This document shows, one piece after another, positions 1 to 11,154 of a DNA stretch of 25,506 bases. Both the position numbers and the translations under genes were made by a program. The notes beneath the pieces were generated by a model, which searched no databases, was not told the DNA's origin, and worked only from the letters and a program-made list of their open reading frames with translations. The stretch's first letter is position 1; each line of letters opens with the position of its first letter. Source of the stretch: Paramecium tetraurelia (Eukaryota); NCBI GenBank assembly GCA_000165425.1, contig CT868052.1, forward strand, positions 620,001 to 645,506, given 5' to 3'.

Positions 1-2228
1 AAAATTAATCACATTGTTATTATATATTTTGCATATTTCTGCTTGTATCTGGATTGGGGTATTTATTAGTGCTTATAGTAGTGTGGCAGAATAAGTTCTT
101 CTGTAACTAATGGTACTAGTTGGATGGTGAAGGAATAGGTACTTAATGAGCAATGGATAGTTTAATATTTGAGATCATTTTATTTCTGCACTGTGACTAT
201 GTTTACTGTTGGATATGGCGATTTAACTCCTTAATGTAGAGTATCGTATTATCTTTAGCTAATTTAGAATATGTGACATGCATCATATTTATCATGATTT
301 TTAGTATCCAATTACCATATAGTGTAAATACTGTAGGAGCTATTATTGATGAAATTTCTAAATATAGCGAATAAAAATTGTAGAAGCTACGCATAATTAA
401 TACATATATGGCTAAAAAGAAGATCACCTATGAATTGTAGGTCAAAATTCGATAATATTTAGCATATTATTGGGAATGTCAAAATACATAACTTTCTCAA
501 GAGGTCAAAGGAATTTTGGAGTAATTATCAGAAAATCTTAGAGATTCTTTAATGTTAGAAGCCAACTCAATTATATTAAATAGTTGTGATATGTTTTCGA
601 AGTTTCTTTCTCCTGGCTTTACAAAAGCTTTAGTTAACAAGATTAGATATTTGGATGTTCAGCCTGAAAATATAGTTGATTTTGCGGATTAGCCTGACTC
701 ATATCAAAATTATTATTTAGCTTTCATTGAAATTGGAACAATTCAAGTTATTCAAGATTAAAATAATTGTAAAAATGATTCATATATTAAACAACTTAGT
801 TCTGGTTAAGTATTTGGTTTATATGAATTTATAACTGGAACATAATGTAATGAGTTTTATAAAAGCAAAGGATTTACTAAATTATTGGTATTACCAAGAA
901 ATCAATTTTTAAAAATATTGAGAGATTTTCCAGAAGATAAAGAAAAATATTGTTAAATAAGAGATGATTTACTTTACAATAACGGCGAACAATTTCTGAG
1001 AGATATTGGAGTATAATGTTACATGTGTAATTCAAGGGATCATATAACCAAATTCTGTCCTATGGTACATTATTGTGCAGATAAGGAAAAGATAATTAAA
1101 TCTCAAACATATATCATAAAATAACCTAGAGTAAAGCAAAAAAGAAAAGTTAGGAGAAGTTAATTTAATGGAAAGAGTGACCAAAAAATAATTATGGAAA
1201 TAGCCTAATATTTTAAGGAAGACTTTTGGAAATAATGCTAGTATTATGAAATTAATGATATTGACTTAGAACAGTAACAATCCCCTCAATATAGTATCAC
1301 ATCAGATGAAATCAAAGAAAATATCAAATCAACTCCATAATTACATATAACTAAGACATCCTAAGTTATATAAAACAAGCACATCAAATAATAGAGAATA
1401 GGATTGTTAAATGAAATACACCAATCCAGGAGAGCTGCTAGATAGAATACGATATCTCCATTAATGAAATTTTCAACCAATTAATAAATCGCAGATTAAT
1501 ATTCTTAAAACGAAATGAAAGTAATACCCAGAGCACATTCTTCTTTAATAGAAAATGTCAGTTAATAAGAAAGTCAGATCACCCCTGAAAAACAAGAGGA
1601 AGAGGATGGAACAGCCTAGAAAAGTAATCAGCAAATAGTCCCAATTAAGGTCGAGTAATTTTAGACCAAAAAGAGATGTATGCCATAGCCTTAATAATCT
1701 TAATTCACAAAACGATTAAAAAACCTAAAAATAGAAATTGAAAAGGATCCTTAGAAGAAAATGAGTTTATTTACTACTACAGATTTAGAACTTTAAGAGA
1801 ATTGTTCAGCCTTAGAATAAAGAATAATATAACTAAAATAATTTCAGGAGCAAGAGACAACAGTAGTTTAATTATAAAATTTGTCTATTCTAATTTAAAA
1901 TTAATTGAATGATAAATTCATGTGCTTAGAAAACTTTGACTTACAAAAAGATTTTCAATTCTATTTACATCATAATAACTTTACTTAATTAGAAGTAAGT
2001 AATTGTTACAATAAACATCTAATCGAAAACTTATCTAGATTTATCAAGTATTTATTTTATCCATTCGTTTATATTAAAAAATACTCTAAATTAAATGTTG
2101 ATGAGGATCATAAATTAGAAAGGCAAAGAAAAACAATGTCCTTTTCCAAAAAGAAAGCAACAGTAGTTATTAAATTTAGAGATAAAGCAAAATAAATTAT
2201 AAACAGTAGAAGAATAGTGCCAGAATGA
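1..2228 (+). CDS. Cyclic-nucleotide-binding-domain (EAG/HCN-like) potassium channel, 5'-truncated at the window edge
   Basis: Ciliate-code translation with introns 59-81 and 236-258 (23 nt each) gives S5 'LLLYILHISACIWIG', pore 'YLRSFYFCTVTMFTVGYGDLTPQ' (TVGYGD at 205-222), S6, C-linker 'LRIINTYMAKKKITYELQVKIRQYLAYYW', a CNBD-like domain (~580-950), a CCHC motif (1017-1058) and a long Q/K/S-rich tail ending at TGA 2226-2228. Confidence 0.93.
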
Positions 2229-2871
2229 GAATACATTGAATATATATATATTTATTGTTAATTAAGATTAATTAGTTATCCTTATTTATTAATAAACTCC
2301 ATGAATTTCTCTATAAATAGAAGCTACCTATAATTTTAAAACTTAAGTTAATATAGACTTGTAAGAGAAGAGTTTGTCACTTTTAAATGCTAACTAAATT
2401 CAAAAAAGAAATTTATAAGTATAAAATATCTTTCTTTTATAATTTTATAAGAAATGATAAATCTAAATCGAAAATTTTTTTCTGCCAATGATTTTGTAAA
2501 ATAAACTAATCGTAAATGAAATATTTCCAATAAATTTGGTTTTTGAGAATAAGAAGGTTAGACTTAAAGTAAAGTTAGTCTTATTTGGTACTTAAACATA
2601 AAGAAATCAATACTGAATGTTGTATATCATTTATATAATTGAGTATATTGGTTAATTTCAACTTTTAATATAAATTAACTCAATCATTAATTTAGTTAAC
2701 AAACTTAGATATGGATATTTTCTTACTATTTAATAGATCAAAACTATAAAGACAACTTTGATTTAATGACTTGATAAGACTTTGTTATTTAATTTGATAT
2801 CATCTCTATATAACCAAATGATCTTTGCTTTAAATTCTTTAAATGCAACTTAATAAAACAATATAATTAAA

Positions 2872-3679
2872 TCATTGATCTTCTGATTAGTGATCCTTTT
2901 GGATGATTTCAGCCGAATTGGTACCATAGAATTCATTTGGTAATTGTTAAAAGTAATTAAAGTTGAATTGCATTTGTTATGGTTGTGGAAAACCAAAATT
3001 ATAAAATTAGTTCTTATCATCATATACTTGTTGAGGATTCATAATGAATTGAGGAAAATAACCAGAGGGATCTTATTAAACTATTTTTTCTTCATCTTTA
3101 TTTGTTTAATCTAAATATTGCATCATAAATGGAAACTATTGTAATTGCATCATCTAGAAATCCTATAATCTCATTCTTTAATATTTACAAAAGGTTGTTA
3201 AGGGAAATAAGGAGCAGTGGGCTAAAACATAAATTAAGGAAAACAAGCATTTTCTAGGAATCCATTGTTAGCTTTATCTACTTATGAATTGCTTTCCTTT
3301 TTCTTGCGACCAGCTCCTTTCTACCTCTTTTTTACTTGATGAGAGAAAGGATTAAATTTTTGATGATGAGATCTTTCAATATGCAAAAGTAATTATACCT
3401 ACATTGTGAAGGACTTCTCGTTCCAATAGTTTCACTCATTAGTTTAAATATTTTAGATGTTTTCTTTTAATCAGAAGATTCCATGACTGATTTATGTACA
3501 TTGAGAAAATTAATGTATGTTTTATGTTCTTATTCACTCCAGTGTCCTGTGCTCTATTATGGGTTTAAAATTGCTCTCTTTTTGTTTTTTCTCTTTAATA
3601 TCTACTGAACTTATCCAATGATTGGTTGACCGTTAACATTCGGAGCTTCTTCTTATTTTTAATATTCTTCTTGGCTCAT
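2872..3679 (-). CDS. Myb-like (SHAQKYF-class) DNA-binding protein, ~251 aa
   Basis: ATG 3679, introns 3373-3398 and 3163-3188 (26 nt each), TGA 2874-2872; spliced length 756 nt. Contains 'GHWSEQEHKTYINFL...IFKLMSETIGTRSPSQCRSHHQKF', then a basic 'KKRQKGAGRKKK' stretch and a Q/F/P-rich tail typical of an activation domain. Confidence 0.88.
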
Positions 3680-3797
3680 CAATAGATGTAGTTTTTTGAT
3701 TGGATTATTTAATAATAAATAAATTAAATTCAGAAAGTGCGATGAGACAGCAAGAACAATTAAATAAAGTTAATTAATAATATTGTAATGTATTTAT

Positions 3798-4406
3798 TCA
3801 TTATTTGAACAAACTGGGTTGAGGACCACCAGGACCAAATGGCATTTTAGGACCTTCCAAACCTAGGAATAATAATTTACATAGATACCAAATATTTTTT
3901 GTATATTAGACTTAAATATGAGGGCTGATAAAACATATATGAATATATAGGAACAATCGGTTAAATCCTCCCCATTAAGTCCTCTATGAGTAATTTGTTA
4001 TAGAATCCAAAATGGTTCAAATGGCAATTTGGCAACAACAATTCCTGAATAATAATTACCAATTGAATTAATTGTAACAATAGAGAGTATAGCTACTGCT
4101 GCATTGGAGATCATCTTCTTGAATGTCATTTCATAATTCAATCCTTTAATTTGTGATTCAATTTGTGCTAATCTCTTTTCTTAATTTTTAGCATTTGTTT
4201 CTCTGTAAAACATATAAGAAAACTAGTTACTTGACAAATTATTCCTTCTCCTTATTGTATTTTGTGACAGCAGTCTCTATTCTTGATACTAAGTCCTTGT
4301 AATCTGCATTCCTATAAACGAGGAACCATGATACTAATTCACCAACTGAAATCGAAATGGCAGCTCCGACTATAATGAAGAGTGTTTCTCCTATATTAAT
4401 ATCCAT
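3798..4406 (-). CDS. TMCO1: TMCO1 / DUF106 (Oxa1 superfamily) ER membrane protein, ~184 aa
   Basis: ATG 4406, introns 4203-4230 and 3863-3888, TGA 3800-3798; spliced length 555 nt. Motifs 'ELVSWFLVYRNADYKDL', a coiled coil, and 'YSGIVVAKLPFEPFWILQQITHRGLNGEDLTDCSYIFIYVL...NIQKIFG' match the recalled TMCO1 signature. Confidence 0.93.
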
Positions 4407-4418
4407 TTATAAATTTAA

Positions 4419-5722
4419 TCATTTATTGATTTTAAATACTTTAATTTTCAAAGCTTGGCTAATTTATCTAGTTATATTGTACAAGAAATGGACGTGGACA
4501 AGAACAGTTATCAATGCTATTCCTTATAATAACAATCCTTCTTCAATTAAGGATTATCCAAAAATTTACCCATATATCGTATTGAACAACAATACGAAAA
4601 AGAGATAAATAGAATTCAAATAATTAGGTAAATCTTGATTGCTGACGTGATAGACAGCCACAATACCCTAGAGTAAAGATAATATAAATACCGCGGCCTT
4701 GCTCATTGTGAAGCCAAATATATAGAGAATTGCTCTCATGTGTCTAGAACCAACATCACTTGGGGAGAATAGTATCACATAAAATAGCACTAAGCCCGCG
4801 AATAGCATGTACCTCTGAGATTTTAAGGCTTGAGAAAGGGGGACGAATTTTGTAATTTTCTTGAACCTTGATAAATAATATTTGAATTTTATTTACACAA
4901 AAGGAAGTCCAAAGGCCACAACCACAAAAAATATTATTATAGCCACTGTATTAAATTATAAATTATAAAACTGTGGCATTTTCTAGGTCCAAAAGTCGCA
5001 ACCTTAAATAAATTTATTATAAATTACCAAATATGGCATTGATGGCAAATAATGAACCAACAAAAACAGTCCCTTCAGCAGCAGCGTTAATTATTGGCAA
5101 GTTCATTTCATGTGTGTAGTATTCTTCATGTGCTATGATATAGAATGGATAAGTTGGAACACATATTAATAGAAATGCCAATATTGATTATCCGCATTAT
5201 AGACAAGTGACGAAATTTGTACCTAAATTACGTCCATAAATTACCTTATATTGCAATGATCATAGAATCAAAATTATGATCCAGAATCATGCCCAAAGGA
5301 GATGAATTGTCTATATAAACAATGAATTAACTACATTACTTGTTCTTCTTGCCTGTTTTCCATCTAAGTTATCAAAATTCTAATTTAGGTAAAATATAAT
5401 TACCATATAGATCATGTGTAAAATGAACGTTGTCCATAATAACCAATCTGGTATTGTTCCTTAAAAGTTGTCTTCCATCACAAAATAAAATAATATGTGA
5501 CAAATTATTATGCAAATTAATCCCAACAGGGTAAGCGTATTAGGACTTTTTTTTATGAAAATTCTTTTACGCCACATTCAAAGGCACATACTTCAAACAC
5601 CAATTCGCAAAAGGTGAAAGGACATAATTATACAGCAACGATTAATCAGTGCCTTTGTATTTGTATGTTTTTAAAAACTTCAAATTTTCTTGAGCAATAA
5701 AGTCATAATTTAATAAATTCAT
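4419..5722 (-). CDS. Choline/ethanolamine phosphotransferase (CDP-alcohol phosphatidyltransferase, CEPT1/EPT1/AAPT family), ~374 aa
   Basis: ATG 5722, seven introns (5546-5570, 5380-5403, 5311-5339, 5223-5244, 5003-5027, 4867-4896, 4668-4691), TGA 4421-4419; spliced length 1125 nt. N-terminal 'LKTYKYKGTDQSLLYNYVLSPF..W...VPLNVAPNTLTLLG', catalytic motif 'DNLDGKQARRTNNSSPLGMILDHNFD', 'HEEYYTHEMNLP' and several hydrophobic helices. Confidence 0.95.
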
Positions 5723-5735
5723 ATTTTTATTAATA

Positions 5736-6500
5736 ATGTATACAACTCCTCCTTTCTCGCATAATTATTCAAACCCAGTGCTTATGAAGGATGACGTTGG
5801 AAAACCAAAACCATCTACTTACAATTTGCCAAAATAAGATTATGTTTACGGCCTTCCACTTATAAGAGACAAAGAAGGTGCCAAAGAAGGTAATATATAC
5901 TTATCTAATTTACTTCAGTAACTATGACCTGGAAATTTCATCAAGAATCTTAGGATAGAATTCCTAATCGTGATTTTGCTGAACTCAATAAGATGTCTGT
6001 TTTCAATGGATCTCTTACAGCTCATGTAACTTAATTCGATATTCCTTCTAGGATATGTATAAATACAGATAAACTCATGATGCTCGTTTACAAGTTAAAA
6101 AAGGCACTAACATTTAAGCTATTGAATTACCAGAAGAGGAGTTTAGATACGGAAGAAAAAACAGGTTTATATTATTTTTTTAATATGTTCCTTAGACCAT
6201 CCACTCCCATGAAGTTAGTGATGGGTAATTCTTATGGAATAGAAGCTGCATCAATTACCTTGGACAAATATTACAAAAGAGCTGGCTCATAAGTATTATG
6301 ATTTACCTTTTATCACTTAGGAATCCAAAATGACTAACACAATTGTCAGACCAAATAAGGCATCATAATTATTTCATGAAAGCAATCACAAAAAACTTGC
6401 AGTGATAAAAGGCACTGAGAAAAAAGAGCCATTTAAAATGGAAAAATTTAAGACAGTAGCAGCTAGAACAGATACAAACCTCATAACAAAGAAAGAGTGA
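5736..6500 (+). CDS. CFAP77: Cilia- and flagella-associated protein 77 (DUF4483) homolog, ~216 aa
   Basis: ATG 5736, introns 5890-5918, 6026-6051, 6165-6195, 6293-6320, TGA 6498-6500; spliced length 651 nt. 'NPVLMKDDVGKPKPSTYNLPKQDYVYG...DKEGAKEVTMTWKFH...RDFAELNK', 'FRYGRKNRPSTPM' and C-terminal 'FKMEKFKTV' resemble CFAP77. Confidence 0.82.
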
Positions 6501-6520
6501 TTATCTTAATTTATATATTA

Positions 6521-7624
6521 ATGAATTAAATCAAAAAACTATTAGTCGAAAATTTGAATTACATTTTCAATATTCTAAAACCCTATAAGCATTAGAAGAT
6601 TTCCTCCTTTGTTGAAATTTAGCTACAAGACTTCATTCAATTATTTAGTAGATTACAATTAATCCAAACTAAGCTTTAATAATTATTCAAAATGTGTGAC
6701 ACATTGTAAAAATCTGGAATGGCCTTAGCTCAATCATAAAAATAGATATTAAAGGAAAAAAGCGAAATCTAATTACAAATGCAAGAGATAGAGAAATTAC
6801 TTTATGATGATACTCAAGCTTCTTTATAAGAAACATAAAAACAAGTTCATGATATCAGCGAATTATGCGGCGAGGCTTATAAAAACCTACTTGATAATTA
6901 ATCCTTCGATTTGACAAAGATATCTCAAATATAAGCCCCATAAATAGATGATATTGGTGAATGGGATTCAAAATTAGAAAGTTCCAGAGATAAAACTAGT
7001 GAATTCGATCAAATTAGAAAGGCTTTTTAAGTATTAGACAAAGCTAAATTATTTGAGCCTTCAAATTTACAAATGTTGATGAAATGTGCAGAAAATACTG
7101 ATAAATAGATATACATGGACTTTTTTCTTTAAGTAATTAATATTTAAAGGAAATAATAAGAATCTAATTCAAAATTAGTAGATGAAAGATCACCTGAACT
7201 AAGAGAGTAGATATTATAGATGCCTATATGCTAGGAATTTTCATTTGAGTCTCCGTTGCCATCTCTTAGGGAGCAAGAATAACCTTAATAATAATTTAAA
7301 CATGTGAAATTGGAAGATTTATTGAAAATTGAAGAAAGACTAATTTCGGATACAAGCCCTAACAAATAAAATTTTGTTAAAAAACAACCTGCCAATAAAA
7401 GTAACATTGATAATTCGTTTTATTCTTAACACAATATTAAACATCTGATCAGAAGATATCCTAACAATAATATTTAAAGAGAGAAGAGCCCTTCTGAACA
7501 TATTTCAAGAAGTAGTTCAAGTTTACTAGTCGAGCAAAGCTAATCAACTAGATAGTAAAAAGAAGTTTTTAAAAGAAAAATTAGTCAGCCTACATCAATT
7601 ACTGAAAGAAATGGTAATATATGA
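6521..7624 (+). CDS. Hypothetical protein, ~367 aa, coiled-coil N-terminal half and low-complexity C-terminus
   Basis: Uninterrupted 1104 nt ATG..TGA frame in the ciliate code (MNQIKKLLVENLNYIF...TERNGNI*) that fills the space between CFAP77 and PWP2. Rich in Q/K/E/L. No family recognised. Confidence 0.8.
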
Positions 7625-7660
7625 TAATTACTTAAATTTATTATACAAACATATATATCA

Positions 7661-10286
7661 TCAGCTTGATAAATATTCTAAGATATTGACACATTTTCTA
7701 ATCGGATTCTTGATTCTATTAAAATCAAGTCTAACTTATTTTAAGACTTCTTACAGCATATTTTGAACCTAGAAATTTGTTATAAAAAATTACTTTTTTG
7801 TTTGCAGTGGATCCTTTAATCAATGGAGCAAAGTCTATCAAAATTTATTTAATCCAAATCAGACAAGATTCAACTGGTCTATGAATTTACATCGATCTTA
7901 TTATGGTTTCTAACAACCTAACAATCAAAGATTCTGGAATTGCTGGAACAGTATTTATTATAAAATCCACTGGAATTGAATTAAAGACTTGATCTAATAT
8001 GCTGGCTTCATTTAATTTAAGACTTAAAATTAATGCCTCAGTATAATTTTATTAATTGATTTATTTCTGAATTTCTTCCAAAGACACAGTTTCATCTATA
8101 TCTAAAGGATCGAAATATTATCTTCTTTTTGCAGATCCAAAAATTGAAACCCCTTCACTTGAAGACACAACAAATTCCCTATTAGATTCTGTAAATTGTA
8201 GATTAAATACTGAAACAGGAACTCTTTTGCTACTCCTTTTTGAAACGTCAAAAGTCTTAGCACCTGGTAAGTTGTCTTTCTATCTTTCATCATCTGATTC
8301 TTCAATATTTTTGTTCTCTTGATCTATAGTTTTATAGTTCACTTTCAATTTCATTCCATCAAGGGAATAATTGTTTGAAATGATAAATCTCCTTATCAAT
8401 ATTCTATATTTCATATCGTAAAGACAAATAAATTTGCTATTGCCTCCTCCGATTAAGTATTACCCATCTTTTGAGAACTCAATTGTAACAAAATATTTTA
8501 AATTCTAATTTTTTTAAGCTGCCAAAGTTTCTTTTGAAATTCTACCTCCTTAGACATCTCGGTGAACATCAAAAGTGAATAAGATTAAGCTTTCATTAAC
8601 ATCCCAAATGACCAATTCACCACCCATTGTGGCTACTGCAATTTAATTAGTTCTAGTAGCAAGTGCAGTAACTTCACTATTATGCAACATTGAATCTCCG
8701 CCACTTCCTTCCTTCATTCCTCTTGCATATAAATCATGAATCCTTATAGTTTTATCCCAAGAACCTGAGATTAATAATACCTTTTCTTCTGCTTAAATGA
8801 ATTTGATCGATGTGATTGGAGCTTAATGGCCAGATATGACTTCTACTAATTAACCAGTTTAAAGACTGAATACATATATTTCATAAGGATCAAATCCACC
8901 TACACAGATTAAATCACCAGAAGGTTCTACATCTAAGCATTATAATTAATTCAATATTTCAGGTTACATAACTCTAAAACATTTTAATCTAATAGTGTCA
9001 TAGGCTCTAACAGTTCCATCAAGTGAACATGAGATTAAGACGCCTTGTTTCGAAGGACAATATTTGATGCCTGTGACTTTAGAACTATGTTAATCATTAA
9101 ATTTAGCAATACAGAAATTCGAAGTCTGATCATACAATCGAATTATTCCTCCTAATGTTCCAACTGCAATTGTTGTTAAATCTTAACTAATTGTACAGCA
9201 AGTAGTTTCATAACTCAGTGATTATTAATTTAAAATGTAGCTTTAAGATCTCCATTCCCAAACAATCAATTATCCACTATTTCTCATGCCTAAGGCAATC
9301 CAGTTTCCATTTTTGTTAATCGCCAAATTATCAATTTGTGTTTATGTTATTTGGAAGCTTTATATTTAAATTAAGAAAGGATCCTCAGAAGGTTCTATTT
9401 TAAATAAAGTCAAAACTCCGTTTTTCATCCCAATAATCATAATATTTGATGTATGATATGCAACTGATTTAATTGCAGCGAAATGCTTTACCAATTTCTC
9501 TTTTATATTTATTTTCTTTTCCAAAATGAATCTACCTTTATGAACATTCTTCTCAAAATCACTCATGTATAACAATTCGTCTGTTGAATATTCAGACTAA
9601 TCATTTTCAACTCCTAAATGATGTTAAGCTTTTGTTTTTTGGAATTTTTATCTGGCTTCGTATTATTCAGTAACATAATCAGTAACAAATTTCCATAAGC
9701 ACACTTTTCCTAGAACATCAATGGTTATAATGTATTACACATTGGACCCTAGGAAAAATGCTGAAGCAATTTTGAATTTATGAGCTTGCAACATAATATC
9801 AGTGTATAATCTCAATTTAAAGACATTATTAATAATGACAGAATTATCATCACCCCAAGATAAAATAAATCGACTATCTGGCGACCAGCAAATACCATTG
9901 ATTTTATGCTTATTGGAATGTACTTTTATCTTCTCCATTTCTAAATTATAGATAATTAATTTATTGAGATAAGCAATTGCTATCATCTTTCCATCAGGAC
10001 TATGCTTTATTTATTTTATTTGCTAGTTTTTACTTTTAATATGTTTGCCATTGCATAGAATATTGAATTAATCATCTACGCTTGAATAATATTGTTGATT
10101 GTAAACACTGAAGTATTTTACATTATACCTGGTTTAGATTATTGGCTTTACAGTATTGTTATAAAGGTTATACTCCATCAATCTATTTCCTGATCCACAA
10201 ATTAAGATATTATCCGAAGTAAATTACAGAATTTTGCTTGTAGTTGGTGATGTTAAGAGACTTTATTCTTCAAATTATGTAATCAT
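7661..10286 (-). CDS. PWP2: Periodic tryptophan protein 2 (PWP2/Utp1), WD40 SSU processome subunit, ~866 aa
   Basis: ATG 10286, one 25 nt intron 7769-7793, TGA 7663-7661; spliced length 2601 nt. Motifs 'WIALGMRNSGQLIVWEWRSQSYILNQQS', 'LISCSLDGTVRAYDTIRLKCFR', 'EIYVFSLQTGQLVEVISGHQAPI', 'SGSWDKTIRI', 'GGGNSKFICLYD' and a C-terminal Utp12-like helical domain. Track ORFs 9366-9575 and 9735-9986 are in-frame pieces of it. Confidence 0.93.
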
Positions 10287-10321
10287 CAGAATTATTATTT
10301 AATTAATAACATATAAAATAT

Positions 10322-11154
10322 TCAAATAATTTCTTTCTCATTTATCGAGTTTTCTTATTGAGGAATCTCAACTGCTTCTTTAGACAAAATCGCAACAGTT
10401 ACCCAAGGTTCTTCATATAAATCTTCCTAAAAATAATTGCCTTTATATTCTGCAAAACTTTTTTTATTATTTGGGTCACTATAATATAGGAAATTCTTAA
10501 TACCTCATTTATGTTGAATCCAAACCACCTTCTTCCTGTAGAGGCTCAAAACCTGCAAATTTAGAAATATAGACTTTATGTTTTTTGCTTAACTTATTTT
10601 GTAATAAATGTAAAAATTCTAATGCTTCTTCTCTCATCCCTAAAACACTCATTGAAGAAATAAATCTTTAAATTCTATTCAAGTTATGAGTATAAGTAAA
10701 AAGACACTAATCAAATTATGTCTCATCAATTATTTCGAGTTCTTATCTTTCATTTCGAATAATTCCAAGAAATCTTAGAAACATTCCAACATTTTGTCTA
10801 TATTGTTTCATAATCTTAATATACATAATACTTTACATCAGGATCTTGCACGAATTTGTTTCTCTCTTAGGGTGTTAATCTGTAGCTATTCATATTTAAA
10901 AATGATTAAAAGAAATTAGGGTATAACCATTGCATATATTATTTGTCTGATTCAAGATCAGAGTAAAATTTCGTCAACTGGTGATTTTGGGTATTATTCA
11001 TCCAATGTTTTTGATGAAAATTCACTGAAGGGTGCAAATTTATTGGATAATCCCCTTTATAAAAGTCAATGTTAGGAAATTCTCTTATTTTTGCCTTCAA
11101 AACAGCTCTGCCTCCTGGTTGAGGATCCCCATCACTCGATGTACATTACCCCAT
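10322..11154 (-). CDS. OGFr_N (opioid growth factor receptor conserved domain) protein with an N-terminal MGQC acylation motif, ~261 aa
   Basis: ATG 11154, introns 10815-10836 and 10479-10503, TGA 10324-10322; spliced length 786 nt. 'NIDFYKG', 'LESDKQYMQWLYPN', 'LTPQERNKFVQD', 'MFLRFLGI' and 'THNLNRIQRFISSMSVLG' follow the recalled OGFr_N pattern (LE..H.YIQWLFP ... ML.FYG ... HN.LRITRIL.SL..LG). Confidence 0.8.

Noticed and set aside
203..427. Track ORF, 74 aa, minus strand
   Set aside because: Antisense shadow of the K+ channel pore/S6 exons.
2301..2870. Short plus-strand frames between the channel and Myb genes
   Set aside because: No recognisable motif or coherent splice model. With a single stop codon, such frames arise by chance.
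4357..4608. Track ORF, 83 aa, plus strand
   Set aside because: Antisense to the TMCO1 5' end and the phosphotransferase 3' end.
6077..6292. Track ORF, 71 aa, plus strand
   Set aside because: Chimera of an off-frame CFAP77 exon, an intron and one true exon.
8102..8305. Track ORF, 67 aa, minus strand
   Set aside because: Lies inside PWP2 in an alternative frame.
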